This document shows positions 49,851 through 62,200 of a DNA stretch of 64,000 nucleotides, in pieces (the stretch's first letter is position 1; each line of letters opens with the position of its first letter). Source of the stretch: Octopus sinensis (Eukaryota); contig NC_042998.1 in the NCBI RefSeq assembly GCF_006345805.1, positions 118,420,001-118,484,000 on the forward strand, written 5' to 3'. The position numbers and the translations under genes are program-made. The notes below the pieces were generated by a model, which was not told the origin of the DNA, did no database searches, and was given only the letters and a program-made list of their open reading frames with translations.

Positions 49851-52480
49851 TAACTTAAAGCGATTATATATCGTATTTCCTTTCAACATTATAACAAAGA
49901 AAAACAAACGAAGCTTATTTCCAGCGACATATTAGTTAGTGTCCCCATACATAAAAGTTTTCCTCAAAAGGACGGTATAATGACATATTCCTCACAGGAG
50001 CAAGTAATCGTGGATATTTTTTTAACCTTTGCTGCGTTAGGACACAGGACTTCTATACACCCAAATAGTTTTCTTTTCTTAGTTGCCACACTGATACTCA
50101 CATGTTTTTCAAGTATTTCTCGGCTTCTGCTTCAATTGCTTTTCTTGTTGATACATTTGTAGATGATTGTCCTCTTTTTATTTTTCTTGCAAGAGAAATA
50201 CGATCAGATCTGGCGTGGCTCAACAGTGCCCGTGCCTCAAGCTAAAATCCGAGTTGCCTTCCAAAGGTATGTTAACTCTCGTTTAATTTATAGTAGCAAA
50301 CGATAGTTCTGGTTTGGGATTTGTTGTTGTTACTATGAAGGTTGTCATTGTTCTCATTGTTGTCATTGTAGTTGTTGTTATTATTGTTGTCGTTACTGAT
50401 GCTCTGGGTCTTCAAGTATCATGCGTTTTCCACAATTGTCAATGACCTATTGAAATAATTTTATATCGTCTCCAGATTTTGTATTATTTCCGCAGATGTT
50501 TTAGATTTTTATTCTAAATAAGCTGTATTCTCTTTTCTCTAGCTGCACAATCAAAATAAAGGCGGTGCATCTTGCATACTAATATGTTCCCATACATATT
50601 AGTCTGCCACGGGACAAATAATACAGAGTGTTCTGTAACTTTATTCAATGTTTTATTCTCAGTCCCAAGCCTGACCTTTTCTCAATGCAGTGTTCTTCAA
50701 GATAATTTCTCTTCTTTGCGCATACAGAGTATAAATTCCACCGTTTCTATCAAACATATATATCGTTTTTGAAGTGTTTTGTGTATATGTGAGTGTGTGT
50801 ATGTGTGTGTGGAGTGGAGAGTCACATCTATTTCGTGCACAAAAGTATCTTCAAAATAGATCATAGCTGATTTGTGGAAGTCTATAGATTATATCGAGCA
50901 CGACAGTATAATAGTACTTCCCAAGCTTTCACCATTGTTTATGAAGTGAAGCGTAAGATTAATTCGGTTCCACACACAACCGAATATAGATTTATAACTT
51001 AATGTATGGACCAAAGCAATACACGAGTGAAGGGAAGCGGGACTCAAAACAGATAAAAATGCTTGGCTTGTTTTCACATATCTAGGGTAATAGGAAGATA
51101 TTTTGAATTTCTTGTATAAAGATCTCTGTATGAACTTACATGTTCTGTGACCCAAATAAGCAAATACACGGGCGAATACCGAAGGGCCTTACAGCAGCCT
51201 TGTCGCATCATTGGTACTGAAGTAACGGAAATGACAACTGCGGTGAAAGATATAGTCCAGCGCTTACATCTGTCGGAGTAAGAGCCACTGAAGAAATTTT
51301 ATTTCGGATAGCCCGCAGTAGCAGAACAAGGTTAACAGCAGGGCGCGAAGATTGCCGTCACAGTTGTGCCGCCATCCCCACATCCTAATGCTGCGCTGAA
51401 ATCCCATCTCGGTCACATACAGTAGTTCCTCCCGAGAATTTGATATTTCATTGGGTTTGATTTTGTCTCTGCAATATTTCACTTTTATATTGTGTTGAGT
51501 CAAAGATTTAGCAAGATTTTGGTACGTTATCTGCTTTATTCAAGTTACAATAAAACCAGCCTAAAGTTCAAAATAAAGGCCATCGTATCGTAACATCTGA
51601 AGCCACCTTTCTGCCAGTTCTTTGATCGCACACTGGTGCTAGTGCTACTTTTCTTTTTCCATTGAAGCAAAGAACTCTCTCATTGACGTTTGCACCTCCT
51701 TTTGGATGATGAAGAGGAGAGGGCACAGAAATACAACATACATTATTATTGTTATTCTTGTTGTTCAATCTGTCAGCAAAGCCTTTCTAGGCATGACATT
51801 ACTTCATTTTTTTTAGAGTGTTTCTATATTACTATTTATTTCATGTACCTCTAGCTTTCCTTAGTGGTAGGAAAACACATACTTTTAGAGAGGATTTACC
51901 TGCTATTGGTAAAGCTATCATGTATAGGCATTCTAGTCGCGTGGTTATACAAGGCTTCACATAATACACATAAAATTAACATGGTTAGGGAATAATTTAC
52001 TGATTGAGAGAAATACCTAACTCTCTAGATTAATGCGTATTTCTTTTCCTCCAGTATATGATTATATGCACACAAGTTATATAAATGTATGTTTAAGATA
52101 TTCCTATATAAAATTAATTGAATACACAAATATACATGTATAATATATCTAATAGCGTTACTAACTAGTTATCGCATTTGAATAAATGAAGACAATTTAG
52201 AAAATTACAGATTTAATTTAAAATCGGTAATTTAATTAATTTTTTTTAATCGGTTTATTCGTTCGCTTGTATAGAGTATATTTCTTAATTATAAAAGTTA
52301 ATTCGATAAGCTAACATAGAAATGTTGTTAATTCACAGAAAGCAAAAAACATCTGTATTTAATGTTCGTTCTAATATAGGAAACGAATGTGCTCGCAAAT
52401 CCAAACAGATATATACGCATACACTTATACTGAAATACACATCTACACACACACACGCACGCACACAAACAAACCACATA

Positions 52481-52525
<45 letters not shown>

Positions 52526-52620
52526 ATCACATTCAGACAGGTGTTTCTACTTGAGAAATAGTTCGATGTTACAAGCAGCGTAAGGATACTTGGTGTTATT
52601 TATTTTTGTGTCATTAGCAC

Positions 52621-52673
52621 GCGCCTCTGCCTGAAGAGACGAGAGTCGTAACATCTGGCTGCGTTGTACGGAG
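52621..52673 (+). ncRNA. Degenerate hammerhead-like motif
   Basis: CTGAAGA-GAC-GAGA-GTC-GTAA-C: correct geometry, but GAAA reads GTAA and stems I and III are weak. Confidence 0.3.
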
Positions 52674-52700
52674 AAAAACATTCACTATGTATATATAGAA

Positions 52701-53007
52701 CTAGCAGTATAGCCCGAATTTACTCGGGATTAAGTCAGGAATATTAAGCTAATCAAGCTCTTTGTCAAATTTGAGTGAAATCCGTTGATTGGGAAATCCC
52801 ATAAGATTTGATTGGGAAATCCCATAAGAAATCGGTTTCTCGATTTTTTCCGCTCATCGATTGTTTTTTCTTTTTATTTTCATGTAACCCCACTTTGCCC
52901 ATGTGTTAGGAACCCTTCCAGCAAAGAAAATAGAACGCCTAAAAGGGCTCCCGATCCTGTGTGAGAAGCGGTTATGTTCAGATTACAATTAAGTTTATAT
53001 ATATGGA
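52701..53007 (-). mobile_element. Non-autonomous Helitron (~307 bp)
   Basis: Minus strand starts TCCATATATATAAA; the subterminal hairpin CCCGA-gtaaat-TCGGG (52713-52728) is followed by CTAG then T. Confidence 0.7.
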
Positions 53008-53109
53008 CAAAACACACACACACCACACACAAACATATACGTACATACACCTATTGCATACATGTTTTTCCACGCCTTTACCCATGTCACTGTCCCACCA
53101 CCACCCCTT

Positions 53110-53382
53110 ACTCGAATAATACCATCAATTGAAGCAAATTTGGCACCCGGAAGTAAGTTTTGTAACTTTCGAAAACATGAACAGTTTCGAAACATTGTTT
53201 ATAAAATAATAGCTGATCGTTTGCGAAGGAGCGTGTCTACAGTCAACATGTAGGTATTTTACTCTGGTAACCTCTGCTCTCTCCCATGTTCACGCACGAC
53301 CAGCTATATATCGCTATGAGTAAGGCAATGGATTCAGCTAATTTGGAAATTAGTTGTGAAGAAACGGAGAATATCGTTTATG
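53110..53382 (+). pseudogene. Helitron PIF1-like helicase C-terminal remnant
   Basis: QHVGILL..PMFTHDQLYIAMSK..NIVY matches the VG..VFSHGQLYVALSR..NIVY Helitron helicase tail. Confidence 0.65.
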
Positions 53383-54429
53383 TTGCCCGTATATATATAC
53401 GCCCAACACACACACACAAACATTGCATACATGTGTCTTTTACGCATACATGCTTGTGTGTGTGTATGTGTGACTGAAGCCATTCAAACATACATACATA
53501 CATACTTACATACATACATTACAACACCTGGCGGTCTGTTATTGCCAGTAAAATGACGAAATTAAAAAAATCTGCTATCACTCTCTATCTCTCTCCCTCT
53601 CCCTCATTCTCTTTACACCGTCGCTAGCAGGGGACTTAACTCATGTTTGCTTTGTAAACAATGGTAGCTTTCGCCATCGTAAAAATTTAGAAGTTATGGC
53701 TCAAAATTATTTACCGCTATTCGCGGGTGTCTCGGGGGAAAATAATTTGACGAAAATACAGCTAGAATCGTGACGAATGTCCTACTAAAATTTGAGCGGC
53801 ATGCATGCTAATTTGTGGATATGCATAAATTACAAAAACGTACACACACACGCACACACATCTTGCCGTATATATATACAGATACGCACAAACACACGCA
53901 CACACACATATACACACATATATACATACATATATATGTGTACATAGATATATGCATGTAAGTATACCTATACTTATATAAGTAAATATAGACATATACA
54001 CGTGTATCTATTTACTTACACTCACGCCAATACACACACACACACACACACACCGAGGCAAAAACACACAATCATGCATATATAGCTATTACTACTAATA
54101 GTGTCTTACCATTGTGGTTAAGCAGATTTTTAGAACCTGCCTTGTGCATCAGCATGTCTGCTTTGTCGGAAAATGAGGGTTTTGGTACATGAGAAACCAC
54201 GAAAGAAAAAGTGGGAGCAGGTTCATGCAAAAAGTGGAATGAGAAAACAAAAGATAAATAAATGCGGAAAAAAAGAAAGAAAACAAAAGAAAATAATTAC
54301 AGTTCCGTCCGCTTTGACCGTAGAAATTATAATTAATCTAGCTGGTGCAGAATAATTCAATGCAGAGGAGTCCAAATTCTGCAGGACAGTTGCTCAATCT
54401 GGAGGGATGGTGCTCACCAGTTCGACAAA

Positions 54430-54990
54430 ATTAATGTCGTCATTCTTGTATTTGCTAAATCTTTCGGATATTGACTTCAGTAATGTTGTGGGATTCTTGG
54501 ATCTAAAAAGAATTAGCGATCTTTCAGCTACGCATCAATTGCGTCGCTTAAATCTGTTTACACTTGGTATAGATATGTCCACGATCCTACATTTCAATTT
54601 ATGTGATGTGGAGATGATCTTCAAACTCTATACGTAGTTATCCAACTTAGTAGCTTTAGTTTTGTTGATGAGACTGAAATAAGACTGGTGGTTTTCATAA
54701 CGAGTTTTAAAATTGCTTTCGCATAAATCGATGTAACTTTTATTTACAATTATGTTACCTTCATGCGTTGCAGTGACCTCTACCTAATAGACGAAAGAAT
54801 TTACTATACACGCTGGGTCACTTGGACAAGTTTCGGCGTCTCGATATTTGCACTTAGTAGTGGATTCTTGTTGAAGTTTGGGAGTAACAATGTTCTTCTT
54901 ATTGGAGCAGCACCTATATGCTATTATTTTAACGAGAACTTACTAGAATTCTTCTCGCTTTTTCTCGCCGATTCTCTAGTACAATGGTCT
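54430..54990 (-). mobile_element. Penelope-like element GIY-YIG endonuclease remnant
   Basis: CKYRDAETCPSDPACIVNSFVY*VEV..KSYIDLCESNFKTRYENHQSYF..TKLDNYV*SLK..RN*CVAERSLIL..SISE; YIG equivalent at 54727-54735. Confidence 0.8.
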
Positions 54991-55099
54991 TCTTTTACAT
55001 ATAGAACACATCATATGCACAGAGACCATAGATTACTTGGACACACAAAGAACGAAATCAAGATCTGCCCAAGTTCAATAGTGAGAACGTACTAGTAGG

Positions 55100-55270
<171 letters not shown>

Positions 55271-56210
55271 TCAATCAATATATATATGCAAACACACACA
55301 TGCACGCACGCAAACACACACAAATACATATATATATATATATATATATGCAAACATTAAAGATTATACATGCATATACAGCTACAGAAATAGATGCAGA
55401 GATAGATGTAATATAGATGTATGATCTTATATGTATGTATACACAATAAAATTGTCTCTTATGGCCTTAATATACATTTCAAAAAGATGGAATCGATGGA
55501 AATACCGGTTACCCACTCTTCCTCTGATTAAAATCACGTGATGCAAATGCTCGAGGCATTAATTCCCAAATGAAAGCAATATTCGAAAGAAATGTGCTTC
55601 AGATTGAATTTATATTAAGTGGGAAGAAATGTGCGTTCGTATTGAAAATCAATATTTACCTTTTCACACACACACACCACACACACACTCACACACACAC
55701 ACTCACACATATATGTATATATATATATATATATATATAAATATGTATATATATATGTATATATGTACATACATACATATATACATACATATATACATCT
55801 ATCTATATATATATATATATATACATATATATAAATACTATTTTTATTACTAAATTTGGCGAAACTGCAGTATAAGAAAAGTTAAGTTTGTAAAAGTTTT
55901 TAAACCTCATCTCACGAAATTTATCCAGCTATTGTGTATCTAGTACACTCTTCGCCTTGAATGTAATGATATATGTATAATATATGGCGTGTACTGGTAC
56001 ACCGGCGATTATAATTAATTTTATTGTATCGCATTTATCTTTGTTTACATATTCTCTCGATAAATTTCTGACCGTTAGACGATATACCACAATCCCCTAT
56101 TTTGTCGGGTTTGTTCGGAGTCTGCGCAGTGTTTTGAATAGTTTAGAAAGAGCATTTCGATAGAAGCACATGGATCTATTGGTATGGTCTTTCCAATCAT
56201 CATAACAGAA

Positions 56211-56280
56211 TCTACTGATGAGCCAGCCTGGGTAAATAATACTATTTTTATTACTAATTTGGCGAAACTGCAGTATAAGA
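56211..56280 (+). ncRNA. Type I hammerhead ribozyme, array unit 1
   Basis: CTGATGA 56215-56221, GCCA/TGGC stem II, GAAA 56264-56267, ACTGCAGT stem III, predicted cut after GTA 56275; stem I lacks one T. Confidence 0.82.
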
Positions 56281-56607
56281 AAAGTTAAGTTTGTAAAAGT
56301 TTTTAAACCTCATCTCACGAATTTATCAGCTATTGTGTATCTAGTACACTCTTCGCCTTGAATGTAATGATATATGTATAATATATGGCGTGTACTGGTA
56401 CACCGCGATTATAATTAATTTTATTGTATCGCATTTATCTTTGTTTACATATTCTCTCGATAAATTTCTGACCGTTAGACGATATACCACAATCCCCTAT
56501 TTTGTCGGGTTTGTTCGGAGTCTGCGCAGTGTTTTGAATAGTTTAGAAAGAGCATTTCGATAGAAGCACATGGATCTATTGGTATGGTCTTTCCATCATT
56601 AACAGAA

Positions 56608-56679
56608 TCTTACTGATGAGCCAGCCTGGGTAAATAAATACTATTTTTATTACTAATTTGGCGAAACTGCAGTATAAGA
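56608..56679 (+). ncRNA. Type I hammerhead ribozyme, array unit 2
   Basis: TCTTA / CTGATGA 56613-56619 / GCCA..TGGC / GAAA / CTGCA-GTA / TAAGA; predicted cut after 56674. Confidence 0.9.
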
Positions 56680-57007
56680 AAAGTTAAGTTTGTAAAAGTT
56701 TTTAAACCTCATCTCACGAAATTTATCCAGCTATTGTGTATCTAGTACACTCTTCGCCTTGAATGTAATGATATATGTATATATATGGCGTGTACTGGTA
56801 CACCGGCGATTTATTAATTTTATTGTATCGCATTTATCTTTGTTTACATATTCTCTCGATAAATTTCTGACCGTTAGACGATATACCACAATCCCCTATT
56901 TTTTCGGGTTTGTTCGGAGTCTGCGCAGTGTTTTGAATAGTTTAGAAATAGCATTTCGATAGAAGCACATGGATCTATTGGTATGGTCTTTCCATCATTA
57001 ACAGGAA

Positions 57008-57078
57008 TCTTACTGATGAGCCAGCCTGGGTAATAAATACTATTTTTATTACTAAATTGGCGAAACTGCAGTATAAGA
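57008..57078 (+). ncRNA. Type I hammerhead ribozyme, array unit 3
   Basis: Same architecture; CTGATGA 57013-57019; predicted cut after 57073; stem II extended by GTAATAAA/TTTATTAC. Confidence 0.9.
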
Positions 57079-57408
57079 AAAGTTAAGTTTGTAAAAGTTT
57101 TTAAACCTCATCTCACGAAATTTATCCAGCTATTGTGTATCTAGTACACTCTTCGCCTTGAATGTAATGATATATGTATAATATATGGCGTGTACTGGTA
57201 CACCGGCGATTATAATTAATTTTATTGTATCGCATTTATCTTTGTTTTATATTCTCTCTCGATAAATTTCTGACCGTTAGACGATATACCACAATCCCCT
57301 TTTGTCGGGTTTGTTCGGAGTCTGCGCAGTGTTTTGAATAGTTTAGAAAGAGCATTTCGATAGAAGCACATGGATCTATTGGTATGGTCTTTCCATCATT
57401 AACAGGAA

Positions 57409-57481
57409 TCTTACTGATGAGCCAGCCTGGGTAAATAAATACTATTTTTATTACTAAATTTGGCGAAACTGCAGTATAAGA
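57409..57481 (+). ncRNA. Type I hammerhead ribozyme, array unit 4
   Basis: Same architecture; CTGATGA 57414-57420; predicted cut after 57476. Confidence 0.9.
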
Positions 57482-57655
57482 AAAGTTAAGTTTGTAAAAG
57501 TTTTTAAACCTCATCTCACGAAATTTATCCAGCTATTGTGTATCTAGTACACTCTTCGCCTTGAATGTAATGATATATGTATAATATATGGCGTGTACTG
57601 GTACACCGGCGATTATAATTAATTTTATTGTATCGCATTTATCTTTGTTTACATT

Positions 57656-57736
<81 letters not shown>

Positions 57737-57897
57737 AAGATTCAAAGCTGATGTACACGAAGTACGATCATTGTTAGAAATAGCAGCCGGTGAGCATATC
57801 TCTTTACTGATCTTAGTTCATATTTTAACTGGGGAGTTCAGCCAAGTAAACAGGCAGAGATGAAGTGAATATTTAAAAACCACATCGACAATCGTTG

Positions 57898-57971
57898 ATT
57901 CAACTGACGATGACCCATCGGATTCGCACTTACGCACATGATCCGAAAAGTGTGAAACTGCAGTATTGAAT
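57898..57971 (+). ncRNA. Solitary type I hammerhead ribozyme of a different family
   Basis: ATTCAA / CTGACGA 57904-57910 / imperfect stem II base, inner TCGGAT-ATCCGA helix / GAAA 57954-57957 / ACTGCAGT / GTA / TTGAAT. Confidence 0.78.
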
Positions 57972-58604
57972 TATCCTTCATTCCTCTAACGGTCTCCGTA
58001 AAGGTAAGACGGAATTTTCCTATATTCACCACTCGCAAACTTCTCTGCCTGTTGAGATTCAGTGAAGCTGTACATAGCGCCGATAGCTTACCGACTGCTA
58101 TTGATTGTGTGCCTGCACATGTGATGATGTGTGTGTGTGTATGGTGTATTTGAAAGACACTTCGACCAAGGGATATAGCTTGATGCAAGACATTCAGACT
58201 ACATATACATTTTTGTTTTGCTTGGTTATTCAAATGATGTATTAGCTTTTTATCGAATTTGTATATACCAAATTACTTGTAGGAGGCTTTGTTGGAAAGA
58301 ACACTTTATATATGCAAAAGCGTCTACTGGATTTATTCAAACCCTCAGGAATGGTGGCTAGGATTGAAACTGTTTCGGTTGACCCTTGTTCTTTTGTTCT
58401 CCTTCCGCAAACATATTCTACATGACGACATGAGGTTCACATCTATTTAAAGATGAAGCATTTGGGGTTATAAATTTTGGTTATAATTTTTATATTTTTC
58501 GGTTATAATCCATTTATATTTGAAGCACAAGAAAACATTGAAACAAATCACTGTTAACTTATTAGTTTTATAAATACACACACATACAAACACATCTAGC
58601 TAAC

Positions 58605-59329
<725 letters not shown>

Positions 59330-60099
59330 CATAGATAGATAGATAGATACATAGATAGATACATAGATAGAGATGTATTTAGTATATATTTATGAAAATA
59401 TGTATAAACGTATATGGTATACGTATACATATATTTATGCCTATGCGCACAAATATGCATGAAAGGTATATATGTTTGAATTTGCGTAACCTAAAGCTGT
59501 TTGTATTTTGTTATCGCAAAATAGGAACAGCTCGAATTATGAAATGGACTTCGTTGTAATCATCTGCAGGAGGCAATTCATGCAACGCAGTTTAAAAAAA
59601 AAGCAAGGTCAATAAAAGCGAAGTTTCATCAGATATCATAAACGTAATCGATGCAAATTTGCAAATTTAGTTCATTTGCTCTTTAGACGTGGCCGACATG
59701 CGTCAGATCTGTGTATATCTATTTTCAAAATATCTATTAGCAATTTAAATTGGTACTGGATATGTATTCTTATAAGTATTGGGTTATTTTAACTTAACCC
59801 ACAGGAAATTTTTTCTGCAAACAGGGAAACTTCTTCGCGAATCAATGAAATAACTGTTACATGAAATAGAAGCAATGTCATCACCAAATAGCATCAAGAT
59901 GTGTTAAAATAACGATGATAACTTACATAATATGTTCTCTTATGAGCTAGGTTTCCAAAATGCGCGAGTCTAATATTCTGAATGCATTTTATTACAGATT
60001 TACTTTATCAGGCACATTTGGCTGAACAACAACAACAACAGCAACAACAACAATAATAATAATAATAGTAATAATAATAATAATTACAACAACAACATC

Positions 60100-60154
<55 letters not shown>

Positions 60155-60360
60155 GTTTTCAAATTTAGGAACGCGGTCAACAATTTCGGGGAATGGTTAA
60201 TTCGATGAGCTTTGCTCAGCTAGTCCTTATTTAATCGATCCCGAAAGGATGAAACGCAAAGTTTACCTTGACGGATTTCGAATTTAGAACGTAAAGATGG
60301 ACGAAATGCCTCTAAGCATCTTGCCCGGCGTACTAAAGATTCTACCAGCTCGCCGCCTTA
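60155..60360 (-). mobile_element. tRNA-derived SINE (diverged)
   Basis: Minus strand TAAGGCGGCGAGCTGGTAGAATC..; same family as 7150-7393. Confidence 0.8.
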
Positions 60361-61192
60361 CCAATAATAATAATAACAACAGCAACAATAACATCACAAT
60401 CACAGTCTTTCCTGTACCTGTGCCATGTATCGTCAGAATTATTTAAGCGTCGCACCACTCTGCACCATATCATGCCATGTTCTTAATGCTTTTTCACCAG
60501 TCTACCTCAGATAGTATACTAAACAATACGAGGGAAAATTTATATAATAGCTCTAACTGATGGAATTAGCAGAGCAAAATCCTTCAAGAAATAGCCTGCT
60601 ATTTTAAAGTAAAACAAAACTGGTTAATTTAGACATACCTGGTTGGAACACTTTTGATCTTTTCAGTACTTTCACAGAGCATGCCAGGTATTAAACAATA
60701 GCATTGTACTGAATCACATGTTTACGGCAGGCATATATGAATTTCAGTCTTCACTATTACTTTTATTCATTAGACACTCTTAGTTAAACACTTACATAAA
60801 ACATCTCTCTACAATTTCTGAAGCCTCTAGCATATTTCATCTGGCTATGATTCGATATTTCTTCAAAAAGAAAATATACTATGTACAGAGAATAAATTAT
60901 CTTGCATTGAAGAATAATACAAAAAGCTGGTGATTTCATGCACAAAATTGCTGTTCTTTTACAAAATATGAATAGAAAAATAACTAATATTCAGATTGTT
61001 TAAAATAGCTTGAAGAAAATATTTATAAACGCAGTGAGATATTTGGAGGTAAAAAAATCTAATAGAAATGTTGATTTGAATTAACCAATCAGGTATTTCA
61101 AATTAAATATTTGCCTCTAGCTATATTTATGAATACAACTTCTATTATACTTTGATTCCAGTCAACATTTATACGGTAATATATGTATATAT

Positions 61193-61255
<63 letters not shown>

Positions 61256-62019
61256 ATATAATATAATATAATTTAACAAACCATTCGAATATAGTTTATA
61301 GTCTTTATAATATATGATCGACAACAATAATTTCTTATTATCTATATATTACATGGATATACACGATTGGCTTTCAGTGCTGGATATAAATATAACTTGG
61401 TACATATGTGAACGCGCGCATTCACACACACATATACACACATATATGTGCACGCATTTGCATACATATATATATATATACAACTTATAAACAAGAGCAA
61501 AAGAAAAAAATATGCCGAAATTAGACAAATCGTCATAAACCATATAATTTATCACTATAAGCACGCGTCTCGAATTAAGCCGTCAGAAATTTCTAAAAAA
61601 TTCCGTTATTAACGTATTGGTCCCAATTTCAGAGTTAATTCATAAGAATTTTCACCTCGTCAGCGATAAATACGGTAAGAAATAAATGAAATACTTACTT
61701 ATACCCATGGAAGAATCAGACACTAAATCATGTGTACACTTAAGTACCCCAAATATATCCAAAATAGAAATTCTCCAGCACACCTCGAGACACGTGCGAT
61801 TGGAGTGAAAACTCTCATAGACTGAGAGAGTCCGAAAGTGAACACTATTAAATTTACATCTAATATAGGATAAAATTTTTCGAAACAAATTCTATCAATG
61901 GCCAGCATAATAAAAAATACCTTTGAAGGTTAAATTTATAAACAACCTATAAACAAAGGCAAAAGAAAAAAATATTATATATATATAATATATATTATAT
62001 ATATATATATACATATGAA

Positions 62020-62200
62020 AACACAAAGAGAAACCACAACAACGCGAGGACGTGAACCATGTACAGTGTTATTGGACGCTCAGGAAAGGAAAGAAAGAAG
62101 GAGGATTTAACGTTTCGAGCGGAGCTCTTCGTCAGGCACATCGAAAAAGGAAAGGACCAAGGAATGGAAGACGGGGAAAGAAAATCGCCAACGATACACA
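62020..62200 (-). mobile_element. Penelope-type terminal repeat with minimal HHR core
   Basis: Minus strand CTGACGA-A-GAGC-tcc-GCTC-GAAAC-GTT at 62135-62109; downstream sequence shared with 27790-27925. Confidence 0.55.

Larger units (their letters stand above)
55832..57653 (+). repeat. Tandem array of ~400-bp units (about 4.5 copies), retrozyme-like
   Basis: Equivalent positions at 55838, 56242, 56641, 57040 and 57442; units differ mostly by single-base indels; one HHR per unit. Confidence 0.95.

Noticed and set aside
51285-51320. CTGAAGA..TTCGGATA hammerhead-like string
   Set aside because: No GAAA and no stems I or III.
55832-57653. CRISPR array, snoRNA cluster or Helitron concatemer as an explanation of the tandem repeat
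   Set aside because: Units are fully repeated with no variable spacers; CTGATGA is embedded in complete HHR geometry rather than a C/D pair; no TC..hairpin-CTAG termini in register.
61815-61850. GACT-GAGAG-AGTC-C-GAAA hairpin as an HHR
   Set aside because: The CUGANGA segment and cleavage-site helix are missing.
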